Assembly (NCBI RefSeq): GCF_001194135.2
Contig: NC_068983.1
Span: 9,023,960-9,067,832, forward strand
Source of the DNA: Octopus bimaculoides
Lineage: Eukaryota
Direction: 5' to 3'
Length of the DNA stretch: 43,873 nt
In this document: positions 1-11,190 of the stretch, one piece after another
How positions within the stretch are numbered: position 1 is the stretch's first letter
How the letters are laid out: every line of letters starts with the position of its first letter
Position numbers and translations under genes: made by a program
Notes under the pieces: model-generated
What the model saw: only the letters and a program-made list of their open reading frames with translations
What the model was told of the DNA's origin: nothing
Databases searched by the model: none

Positions 1-790
1 AATAATAATGATAACAATGGTAATAACAATGATGATGATAATAATAATAACAACAACAATAGTAGTGGAGAATAATAACAGTAGTAATAATAGTAGTAGC
101 AAGTGTGCAGTAGCAGCATCCATGACAGTAGTAGTAATAAAAGTAGTAGTAATAAAAGTAGTAGTAGTAATAATACTACTAGTAGTAGTCTTAGTAGTCT
201 TAGTAGTAGTAATAGTGGTTATAATAGTGCATTTTATTGTTGTAAGAGTGCCAGTTATGACGTATTTATCCTTTCATATTTCCATTTGTAATGAGAAATA
301 CATTGATGCAAATAAAAATGACGATGCGAAGAACGAGGCGCATGGCTATGTCGATGATGATGACAGTGATGATGATGGTAGTGATGATAGTGATGATGAT
401 GATGATGATAGTGATGATGATGATGATGAAAGTGATGATGATGATGTTGACGACGATAATGATGATGATAGTGATGATGATGATGTTGACGACGATAATG
501 ATGATGATGATGAGGAGGAAGTATAATGATGATGATGATGATAGTGATGATGATGATGTTGACGACGATAATGATGATGATGAGGAGGAGGAAGTATAAT
601 GATGATCGTGATGACAATGACCACCACGACGACAATAGCAATGTCGATGAGGATGGTGAATATTTTGATTCTTTCGATGGCCGTCACTGATAAAGGTAAG
701 GAAAATAGTAACACATGAAAATATTGATGATGATGTTCATGATGACAACGACGACGACCACAATGATGATGATGATGATGACGATTATGT
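1..790. repeat. Compound trinucleotide low-complexity tract (AAT/AGT/GAT/GAC) with imperfect higher-order repeats
   Basis: Runs of aat, agt and gat. The unit gatgatgatgttgacgacgataatgatgat recurs three times (about 437-580), twice followed by gaggaagtataat. Confidence 0.9.
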
Positions 791-899
791 ATTCAAAATG
801 CTGTAGCTGTAGAGTTTAGCATACATACATTTCCATTTAGTTTTAAACGCAACGCTGTGGCAAAATTCCCTTTGAAATAATACAACATATGTAATAATA

Positions 900-1140
900 C
901 ATTATTTACATTCGACAGATATTTGCCTTCATCTTATCTGTTGTTTACACAACGTGTAGGCTGATATACCCTCCAGCCTTCATCAGGTGTCTCGGGGAAA
1001 TTTCGAACCTGGGTTCTCCTTCCTAAGGTATTTTTCGATATTATTATTATTATTATTATTATTGTTCAGGTCACTGCTTGGAATCGAACTCGGAATCTTG
1101 TAAGTAGCCCGCACTCTAAGCCAGTAGGCCATATGCCCGG
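900..1140 (-). mobile_element. tRNA-headed SINE-like element with a PLE pLTR/hammerhead-like 3' part
   Basis: Minus strand shows A-box-like TGGCCTACTGG (1131-1121), B-box GAGTTCGATTCC (1091-1080), an (AAT)n spacer, then GACAC-CTGATGA-A-GGCTG...CAGCC-TACA-CGTT-GTGT. The 3' part matches 1907-1992 on the + strand. Confidence 0.75.
947..991 (-). ncRNA. Degenerate minimal type-I hammerhead motif (GAAA mutated to TACA)
   Basis: Stem I GACAC/GTGT, CTGATGA core and perfect GGCTG/CAGCC stem II are present. The sister copies at 1.9 kb retain GAAA. Confidence 0.6.
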
Positions 1141-1599
1141 GCATATGGCGGAGTCGCTAAATGAGGAAAAGCTTTCAACAAGTTACTATTCGCTGTATAA
1201 TCTATATGGCTAGCACAATGTTAGTCGGACGAGTTCTTCCTTCATTTCCAGGATAGGGCCTGGGTTTTGGAATTGTTAAGCTTTTTTCCTGCCAGCTTCA
1301 GCCACCACGTAGTGGCTTCCTAATTACCTTATTTGGTCCAATATGTCTAAGGAGAGAAACCATATTAAATCACAGAAAAAGGAATAACTGAGCATCGTCT
1401 ATTAGTTGCAGGAAATTCCTGTACCAAATTGTTCGAGATTAATGGCGTTGAACAACTGAGTCTTTGTATGATTAATCGAGTGTTTCAATGCAGAAAATAA
1501 TGCCTTTGGTTTTTCGCAATAGGTTATTGAAATACTGTCAGTATATATAAAACAAACAATATGAATCTTTCTATGTATGCAAGTATATACGCACGTATG

Positions 1600-1643
<44 letters not shown>

Positions 1644-1725
1644 AGCAGATATAACCGGCGTATCTTCACCTATCTCTAGTGGTTTTGGAACGTAACACAC
1701 GCGTTAGTGGAGGGATTATTGTATG

Positions 1726-1791
<66 letters not shown>

Positions 1792-1844
1792 TTCTTATGG
1801 ATTTTATCCAATTTTATATTTAAGAGATGAGGAATTATGTAAAT

Positions 1845-1995
1845 TATTTACATTAGTTTTGTCCGCGTATTTTTGGTTGTGAACACAACGTTTCAGCTGA
1901 TATACCCTGATGAAGACTGGAGGGTATATCAGCCGAAATGTTGTGATAACAACAAACAAGATGAGGACATATATCCGTCAAATGTAAATAATTTT
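1845..1995. mobile_element. Fold-back of two partial copies of the same HHR-bearing repeat
   Basis: cacaacgtttcagctgatataccc (1884-1907) is the near reverse complement of gggtatatcagccgaaatgttgtg (1922-1945). The + arm has CTGATGA (1907-1913) and GAAA (1935-1938). Both arms run out to aatgtaaataat. Confidence 0.8.
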
Positions 1996-3018
1996 AATTT
2001 TAAATATATATAGCTACGTATTTGTGTTCTATGAACATATATATTTATAAAATCACATACAGGCACACACATATAGAGAGAGACATAGATAATATATACA
2101 CGCACAGACATATATAATTTTATCCTTACATACATATAAATATATAAACGTTGCAGCGTGAGCTGATGTTTATTTCGTGTGTTGTCACAGCTTCTGGAAG
2201 TTTTTGTATGTTTATTTCTTTATTTCTCTTCCTTTCTTTATAATATATTTTCCGTCTTCAACCCCGTTGAAATTTTACAAAATATCTGATAACACCAGTT
2301 TTACTACCCCTGTAACCAAACACCATCATTCAAATTATTATCATCACCGCTATTATTTATAATGGTATTACTACTTGTCTCATTATGTAAAATTTTGTCA
2401 TGTAATTTCATCTTCCCAACCATCTATACCCCTGCCAACAAACTTCGAGGTATCTTTTTTTTTATGGCAATTCACTTTTTTTCAGACATATATACATTAT
2501 ATTTTGTTATTGATGTAAAAGATATTATCTGTTTGGTCCGATATAAAATTGTAACTGTGTTTCGTGATTAAAATGTGTAATATCTTTCATCGGATGCCTT
2601 TACCGCATATAAAATACAGAAAAAGAACTACGAGATACTCAGCAAGACACAGGGAAAATAATGACAAAAGTAAGGACAAAAATAAAAAGGATGAAGATAT
2701 ATATAATCAATTCGATCAGCACTATCAACTTCACTATCATTTTAGCTTATATAGTCTATGCGTTGAAAGAATTGTATTGGTAGTTTAAGATCAGATTATA
2801 TATATTTTCATGTAAACATGTTACCGATAAAGTAAAATAATCGCCGTTTGTGTAAATAAATAACAAATTTAAATGTAATTTATAACAGATTATAATTGAA
2901 TAGAAACATAAAAGTATTACTTGAAACATTTTAAAACTCAATTTTTATTTACAATGTTATTTATGTTTTCAAAGGATATAACATGATATTAAAAAAAACT
3001 GGCCGGATATATAAGCTT

Positions 3019-3454
3019 GGATCTACGTATCTATACATCAAGAGTTCGAAGTGTAATGCCGCTGTTTTGACTTCCTTACTAAAAGACCTAGATATATGTT
3101 GCATCAGATTACCAAACTATAGGTCCAGGCAATAATGGAGCATTTATGATGTAACTAGATGAAGTAGAAGATGGAGTCGAATCTCCATCAAAATATAGTT
3201 TAAAAGACCCAGAACATTTTGGAAGCTGGTAATCCTTACATCGATTAGAATACCTCTTGTTAGTTGTCTGTAGCATATGCGAGAGGCCGCGAAGAACCGA
3301 TGCACAATGGTTTGAAACGATCACAGAGATTAATAATGAATCTGGTGAAGTCGATTTCCTTTCCGTTTTTCCAATATGCGATAAACCCTACGGACACGAA
3401 AGAATTACTGGCGTAAATCCAGTGGCATTTAAATCCATACTTTTTATGATATAA
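3019..3454 (+). pseudogene. Decayed coding-like segment of unknown identity
   Basis: The frame from 3107 reads DYQTIGPGNNGAFMM*LDEVEDGVESPSKYSLKDPEHFGSW*SLHRLEYLLLVVCSICERPRRTDAQWFETITEINNESGEVDFLSVFPICDKPYGHERITGVNPVAFKSILFMI. An antisense frame is open over 3109-3387. No family recognised. Confidence 0.3.
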
Positions 3455-3598
3455 GGTAGCTGCATACAGTGAATGAGTTTTATACATAATACACAAATAT
3501 ATACGATACGTATGTGTGTATATGTATCAATTGATACGTATATGTATACGTGCATGTGTATATATGCTTTTGTGCGTGTGTGTGTGTAGGCGAATGTG

Positions 3599-3740
3599 CA
3601 GCGGTGTGGTAAGATTTCTTCCCAACCATAAGGTGCAGCCCCACTGCGTAGCAACTTAAGTATCTTCTACTATAGCCTCCGTCCGATCAAAGCTTTGTGA
3701 GGATTTGGTAGATGGAAACTGTAAAAAGCCTATCATATAT
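3599..3740 (+). mobile_element. tRNA-derived SINE family A, partial
   Basis: ccactgcg...tcttctactatagcctc...gatttggtagatggaaactg matches the copy at 42245-42533. Confidence 0.7.
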
Positions 3741-4103
3741 ATATATATATATATATTATAATAATAATATTATTAGGGACAAAATCCAAAATTACAGGTA
3801 AAGAACTCAATTAAAATCAATTTATAAAAAATTAAAAAACAATGATAATTTAGGTAAGATGTTTTTTGTATATAATATACATGTTATTATTATGGATGAA
3901 GGGATGATTATTGAATGGTTATTATTTTGATATTATGATATTTTTTAAATAATTTTTCTATCTTTATATAATAAGTATTTCATATTAATTCATTTGGTAC
4001 TTATTGTTGGTTGAGATATATATCTAATTATTGTTCTACTTACGATCTGACGAGTAGCTATATTTTTGAATAGAACTTATTTTCGATAATTTCAATTGAT
4101 TTT

Positions 4104-4346
4104 NNNNNNNNNNNNNNNNNNNNNNNNNNNNNNNNNNNNNNNNNNNNNNNNNNNNNNNNNNNNNNNNNNNNNNNNNNNNNNNNNNNNNNNNNNNNNNNNN
4201 NNNNNNNNNNNNNNNNNNNNNNNNNNNNNNNNNNNNNNNNNNNNNNNNNNNNNNNNNNNNNNNNNNNNNNNNNNNNNNNNNNNNNNNNNNNNNNNNNNNN
4301 NNNNNNNNNNNNNNNNNNNNNNNNNNNNNNNNNNNNNNNNNNNNNN
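4104..4346. other. Assembly gap (N run); others at 5895-6160, 12981-13239, 19251-19573, 22064-22152, 26381-26390
   Basis: Runs of n, mostly abutting dinucleotide microsatellites. Confidence 1.
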
Positions 4347-4458
4347 TGTGTGTGTGTGTGTCTTTGTTTGAGCCCCTAACATCGCTTGACAACCGATGCT
4401 AGGTTGCCGTAACAATAGCGGTTCGGGAATAGAGAACGATAGAATAAGTACTAAGCTT
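4347..4458 (+). mobile_element. SINE family A 3' portion (after gap)
   Basis: aacatcgcttgacaaccgatg...ccgtaac...agcggttcgg matches 42470-42530. Confidence 0.65.
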
Positions 4459-4900
4459 GCGACGAACTAATCTGACGGGCGTTACCACCAGATCCTTCTC
4501 CAGGACTGTCAGCTGAAGAGGTGGCTCACGACTGTCAAAGTGAATATGGAGCTCGATTCCGGTCCTCACGTTTTTGGCGTTCCCCGCTGGAACGGCAAAT
4601 GGCTTCAACACGCTGCAGACTCAGATCGCTTTGACCCGTGACACGGTGAACTCAATAAAAGCCAGCTTAACACCTCCCTGGTGAATGCCATTTCTAGACA
4701 AGACAAGAATTACCTATATATAAGTGTATACGTAATAAATAAATATATGTATGTAGATATATGCGTGCGTACATTGAGATATGTACGTGCGTGTATGATA
4801 TACGCAGTTTTAGACGCGTTTTGTCACTACACCGTAATTTCCCTTTGTTTATTTCCCTTTGTTTTTAACGGTCATTTTGCAAAGGAATTTTCATTGGCTG

Positions 4901-4962
4901 GATAACTGAAGAGATGTTGGGCTGGACCCCCCACCCTGGCATCCGAAACTCGGAGTTTTATC
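4901..4962 (+). ncRNA. Type-I hammerhead ribozyme candidate, near intact
   Basis: GATAA-CTGAAGA-GATGTTGGG-(13 nt)-CCTGGCATC-C-GAAA-CTC-G-GAG-TT/TTATC. It has a 5-bp stem I, full core, 9-bp stem II (3 G.U pairs, one extra C) and helix III ACTC/GAGT. Confidence 0.7.
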
Positions 4963-6247
4963 ATGGCCACTGAATAAGTATTACATATTTTTACAGAGGT
5001 ATATATATATGAATATATATATATGCATGCATGCATGTATACATGCATAGACTTTCCTACGTTTACTTTACTAATAATTGGCTCAGTCAGTGATCGTGTG
5101 TTTGGCGAAATTGAAGCAATTGCATATTAGATAAAAACTGCTAAATTCTTTATTACTTGAAATTTATTCCCAGATATGTCAATATCTTTCTTTAGCTGTA
5201 AGATCTGTGTGCTGACTCGTTTCTACTGCAGATGTTCGCTCGCAGTAAACATATCTTATATTTCCAACAAGAATATCACACCCATATGAGTGAAATTTTT
5301 ACGTAACATGGATTTAACATTCGAATTTGGTACGAAAGTGCTTTTTAACGGGCTGATGTTATGACACAATGAATGCGTACTTGTTTACATACATAGCTAC
5401 ATGTACACACAGATATGTAATTTTGCATATACATAAATATCTATGTGTGTCTGTATATGTGTATGCATGTGTGTATATATTTACGTATGGATGGATGGAT
5501 GGGTAGGTTGGACGGATGTTTTTTTTACTGGGTGTGGCTTATATATTCACCCACTTATTTCATTATACAAGAAATGTTTGACAGTTTATTTATTGAATGC
5601 TGATTGTTAAAATCATTGACATTGATTTGCATATGACAACACTTTGCTTTCACCATAGCCCGAACGCTCTTACATTTGAATATTGAATAATTTATATATT
5701 AATAATGCCGCAGCAATTATATGTGTATGTGTGTGTGTGAGTGTATATATATATATATAAGTGTGTGTGTGTGTGTATGTATGTATATATAATTCAATGA
5801 GACAGCTAGTTAGCAGAGTTTCACCAAGAATGAACACGATAAATGTCATTAAATATGGCATATTTAATGCCGTATATATATATATATATATATANNNNNN
5901 NNNNNNNNNNNNNNNNNNNNNNNNNNNNNNNNNNNNNNNNNNNNNNNNNNNNNNNNNNNNNNNNNNNNNNNNNNNNNNNNNNNNNNNNNNNNNNNNNNNN
6001 NNNNNNNNNNNNNNNNNNNNNNNNNNNNNNNNNNNNNNNNNNNNNNNNNNNNNNNNNNNNNNNNNNNNNNNNNNNNNNNNNNNNNNNNNNNNNNNNNNNN
6101 NNNNNNNNNNNNNNNNNNNNNNNNNNNNNNNNNNNNNNNNNNNNNNNNNNNNNNNNNNNNNATATATAAATACACATATATGCATACATATTTATATATG
6201 CATACACATATATACATATATATTCATACATATATCTACATATATAC

Positions 6248-6288
<41 letters not shown>

Positions 6289-6302
6289 TATATAGAGAGA
6301 GA

Positions 6303-6345
<43 letters not shown>

Positions 6346-7289
6346 GACACTGAAGAAATAAGTGATATAGGTATCCATTTAATATAGCTCAACCGATTAG
6401 CGCTCTAATAGAGCTTCAGGAATATAAAATTAAGGAGAGAAGAAATCAAATTCAAAGGCAGGTGTATATATTTGATGAATCCATATTAATAAAATTCCCC
6501 ATGGTATACGAAGTACATTAATGATGCATTCATCTATATGATATATAAAGAAATTCTAAGAATGTATAAATACATACCTACACACGAAAATTTATAAATA
6601 TATGCAAATTCATACACATAGAAAAATTTACAAGCATATAAAAATTCATAACTATAAATATATAAAAAGTGTAAGTCCATAAATGCACTTGCGAAGTCCG
6701 AATGAAGAGGTTGATAAAGCCGATGTAAAATGATTCAAAGTGATTCAGGAACAAATAAAGCCTATGTATAAAGTCCTACGGCCGTTTTGAAAAGTTGTAG
6801 GTTACCATTGCCGAGTTAACTCTAACCATAGCAATACTCCATATTTTGTCTCATCAAATTAATAGAATCACAATGTCAAAATTTTAAATGAAGTGGTGTG
6901 TTAAATAATTTAATAAAAATCGAATGTTTGATCGGACCATTCTCTTAGGGCATATGATATTAAACACAATCTATATTCCTTTATTTTGGCACTGCGGCCA
7001 TTCGCAAAGAAGGGAAAGCACAAGGACAGACAGAACACCACAGTGGGGACAAAAAGCATAAAACGAATGAAACATGAAAAATGTACAATGAAAGCGATGA
7101 TGGTGAAACGGCTGCATTGAATCCCACTTCTTAAACATTACCATTTAACAGGTAATTTCTACAATTAAATCAACCGTACTTATATTTCTTTTTGCATCGT
7201 TTTTTTTTCTTCTTTTTTGGAAAACTTAGTAACTATCTCTTTTTCCTCTTTTTTCCTTTTAAAAAAAAAAATTACACACTTGCTTTTAA

Positions 7290-8110
7290 ATGATCATTAA
7301 TGGCTTTACATCTTCGAATTCCACGACTGGTGGAAGTTCATCAAACTCGACTACAACCCCAAGTGGGTCCATGTAGCTTCCAAACATCTCTCAATTTTTC
7401 AAATCTCTCCTTATGATGGTTATTTTAATCTTTTTCAGGGTACTTTTCTTGCGGCAGTCTTACGCTTATTGCTGATTTATACTTTATAATCTTTTTTTCA
7501 CTATTTCAGTACTTTTGGTAAACATGACCAAATGCCACTTGTATTTCTGCCTTTTCTCCTCCGCTTTCTTCGGTTCCCGACCTGATCTGTCCGGGCGTGA
7601 AGAAACATCATAACCAAAATTATAAACGATTCCTCTTTCTACATGTTGTAATGCTGTTTCTTCCTCTACGCTTTCTTCCACTATTAATTCTGTTGAGATT
7701 TCACACCTATTTCTCTTTTCCTCCGTCTCAATCTCTTTTAACCTTTTTTTTTTACTCTCTGGGGGACAGCTCAACTGTTCTTTTGTCTTCTTCCTATTTA
7801 CTACTGTGAAGGATTCCTCCACTCTATCTGTCTCTTTTACTGGTACTACCCCTTCGGTATTGTCTTCACTTTTCTTCGTTTTCCTTCTCGGGACACCTTA
7901 CTTTCATGTGCCATTTTTTGCCGCATAGGAAGCATGTTGGCGGTCTTCTTTCTACTACTATTCGAAGTCTGGTGTCCTCCGATAGTGTTATTTCCTCTCT
8001 TATACCAAACAGGTGTTTCAAACTCACCTGTATGGGCATTTCGAGGCCATACCTGCACCAACTAGCCTTTTTGGTCCTCGTTATCTTGAGAATTTTCACT
8101 TTATCATACA
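7290..8110 (-). mobile_element. Non-LTR retrotransposon ORF1 (gag-like) remnant with a CCHC zinc knuckle
   Basis: RPPTCFLCGKKWHMKVRCP (CX2CX4HX4C, 7934-7893), followed by a K/E-rich low-complexity ORF (7822-7484). Broken by stops and frameshifts. Confidence 0.7.
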
Positions 8111-8608
8111 GAGACTATGTATGTGCATATATATAGCTGCAATCGAAAGCAAACTCTGCTGATGTATAGTAATTTATAAATACCGTATTATATTCAATGC
8201 TTTTAAATATGTTTGTCATGTCAAGACCAGTTTGATCATATTTGAATAGCTCTCACAAGTTCAAGGACTGCCAGATGTCACTCGCATAAGAGTATGAATG
8301 TAAAATTAACTGTATTTTTGCATTTTCATTCGCCTATATAGTCACATACATACATAGATCCACTCTTTATACCCCGCTGCTAGACATGGCGGAAATATCC
8401 AAGATGTGACATGTAGTAGGAGAGATAGCTGGTTATACTGTTGAATGGATGAGCAGACAATAGAGTGCCTTACTCGTGGATCGTCCAAGATCTGAGCATA
8501 CGATCCTACGATTGCGATTTGGTCTCTGCTACCACAAGGTGATGTGAATTCACAAGACTCCAACTCTTCAAAAAGAAAAAAAAAACAAGGAAAAACTAAG
8601 TTATTACA

Positions 8609-8810
8609 GAGTCGCATTGCTCAGTGGGTAGGATACTGGGCTCATGATCGTAAGGTTGTGTTTCGATTCCTGAATCAGGCAATGAGTTTTGAAGAGACAA
8701 ATACTTCATTTCAGTGGGGAAAATGGATCTGATCTTATGATGGACCGGCATTCCGTCCAGGAAGTATTTTTATACTCTTCACTCACAAGGAAACTGGCCT
8801 TGTCTATATG
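8609..8810 (+). mobile_element. tRNA-derived SINE family C
   Basis: gctcagtgggtagg A-box-like and ttcgattcc B-box-like motifs. Aligns to the reverse complement of 26078-26285. Confidence 0.65.
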
Positions 8811-9519
8811 ACACAGGAAGGAGCGAGGAGTTTTATCCTATTTTTTTTTATACATAGCTATTACTATGGTTGTGGTTATTGCAACACTTAATGTAAATCC
8901 ATGTGTTGCAAATAGCTTAAGTTTTCTAGCGGGATACAAGCGAGTAGGAGAATCGTAGGAGCATGGAATATTTTGTCTTTTGCTCAGGTCAAATGTCATA
9001 ACCCTCGCAACAATGCAGGAAAATGTCACTATTCCATACTAGATATTTTCAAAGATTTGGCAACCGGTTATTGAGATGCTTCTATAAATCTTATAAATAT
9101 CGACAAGATAGATGAAATTTCAACAAATCTCAACATAATAATACCTTTGATGTTTGTTGACTGTAAGATGTCTTATTAGGCTTCCTTTGTGCTAGGCTTT
9201 CTATTTCCATTAATATAAGATCTTTTTATCACATAAGCAAACATATTTTATGAGTTTGTCTTTGAAGAATGAAAATATATTCAGCGTAAATCTAAATATA
9301 TGTCAATATGATGTTTCATAAATGTTTCGAGTTGTTATGAGAATAACAATATTGCTTGACATTACCATAGAATGCATTCCAGCATAGAGTAATAAGGTAG
9401 TTTCGGGGAAGTCAATTCTGTAACACAGTTTCGTTTCCCAGTTGCCCTTATGAAACAGCAAAATAGTAGTAGTAGCCCGCTCTTCTGTAGTATTAAGGCC
9501 TGATATTTGGAAGGAAGGG

Positions 9520-9690
9520 ATTGTGTCGATTATATGAACCTCAGCTCTTGACTGATTTTTGTTTCATCGACCCCGAAAGGATGAATAGCAAAGTCGACCT
9601 CGGCAGAATTTGAACTCAGAACGTAATGACGCATGACATGCCGCTAAGCATTTGACCCAGCGTGCTAACAATTCTGCCAGTTCACCGCCT
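9520..9690 (-). mobile_element. tRNA-derived SINE family B
   Basis: gaccccgaaaggatgaa..gcaaagtcgacctcgg..gaatttgaactcagaacgta is shared with 28325-28385. The minus strand has gagttcaaattc as a B-box. Confidence 0.85.
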
Positions 9691-9789
9691 GAAAAGGAAA
9701 TGTAGTATATATTGAGACGTATTAAATATTTCGTTTGTATTCGTTTTTGAAATAACACAAATTACAAAATTATCGTGAATACACCTAAG

Positions 9790-10002
9790 ATAAAGGAAAC
9801 AAATGCTGTTAGGGCACTGTAAGAATATGTTCGTGCCCAAATTATCTCATATGAGGGATCTGTTACACCCCTTGTGTGGTTTCTCCAATATATCCTGTCA
9901 ATTTGAAGGGTGTTTTGAAAGGCAAAATCATCTCCGTTGTCTCTAGTCGTGACGACGTTTTCCCGCAGTGCTAGAACGTCAACCTTCTGAGCAGTGGTTC
10001 CC

Positions 10003-10035
<33 letters not shown>

Positions 10036-11190
10036 TGACAGTTTGGATTTAGTTCATGGACCCCCAGTACTACAACTGATTTAGAGGAAAGTGAAGGTGG
10101 AGCGTTGGAGTGTGGGTTGTAGTACTATTGTTATAAAATTTGTTCTTGCTTTGTTACGTCTATCAGTTTTGTTGTTGTTTTCTTGTTTTCCTACAGGTTT
10201 GTTGGCATTTTTATTGTTGCTCTTCTCAGTATGTCTTCTTAGTATGCTTGTAGCTTTTTCTCCTTCTACTGCTTCTATTGTTGTTGTTTGGTTATTTTGG
10301 ACGCGGCCCTTATTATGGATCTTGTCTTTGCGTTTTCTCTTATTTGCTGCATGTTTGTCCTTTTGCCCACTGCCATAAACTCGATTTATAGACGATTTGG
10401 GGTTTTTTTGTGTAGGTTTGATGCTATCAAACACAACGCTCAGTTCGCTTGATTTCTCTGACCCAATCCACTTCGAATACTCCACACCCTGCCATTTTCG
10501 TATTTCGTTTATTCTTCAGTTCAGACATCGGATTGTTAATCTACGAGGTTTAAAGCGTTTCATCTTGCTTTTGTTGTTGACACGAGGACGTCTTTATCAT
10601 GTATCTTTAGGGAACCTTCTGTTGAAAAGGCCACTTGTTTTCTTTTTGTTATTAATGTTGCTGAAATATTACAGTCAGTGTCAGTTCTTGCGACTGCAGC
10701 ACGTTGGCTTCTATAAGCTCTATTGTAGTCAGGACGAAATAATTTCTCCGGAAATAGTTCGACATAAAATTAGGGACCAATTGCAGAGTTGGAAATTCAA
10801 ACAAGTTCTGTAATAAATGGGCCAAGTATAGAAAATTACTCCAATAGCACTCTGCTATAATATGAACACGAGCAAGGAGAAGCGTGTGCTAGTAATTGTG
10901 AATTAGGAAGAAGGAAAATAACATAGGAGTGTACAATAAGCTGTTTTACATTACAAAACGCATAAAGCTGTTTTTAAGTGAAATACTTTATATATAGTAT
11001 AGACATATACAGCTGTATACGTGAGGATAATAATGTATGCGTGAAATTCAGACGCCAAGTAAACTGGTAGGGGCTTTCGTCTGTAATTATTTTTCCACGG
11101 AAGATTTTATGATACTTTAATAAGTTTAATAACCACAAGGTGTGAATAGCCTAACATTTCGAGATTTTGACCTTCGTCAGGTAGTAAAGA
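9790..11190 (-). mobile_element. Possible highly decayed Penelope-like element pieces
   Basis: Degenerate CTGACGA...GAAATGTT at 11180-11153, a K/N/T-rich broken ORF at 10813-10081, and ENVV and YIGETTQ fragments in adjacent frames near 9960-9870. Confidence 0.3.

Noticed and set aside
8-714. Long ORFs (172 aa poly-Asp/Val etc.) on both strands
   Set aside because: By-products of stop-poor trinucleotide repeats; no splice or domain support.
9762-10004. 80-aa minus ORF with a hydrophobic C-terminus as a small membrane protein gene
   Set aside because: It starts at the edge of a TA repeat, and an adjacent frame carries YIGET, so a decayed GIY-YIG remnant is the simpler reading.
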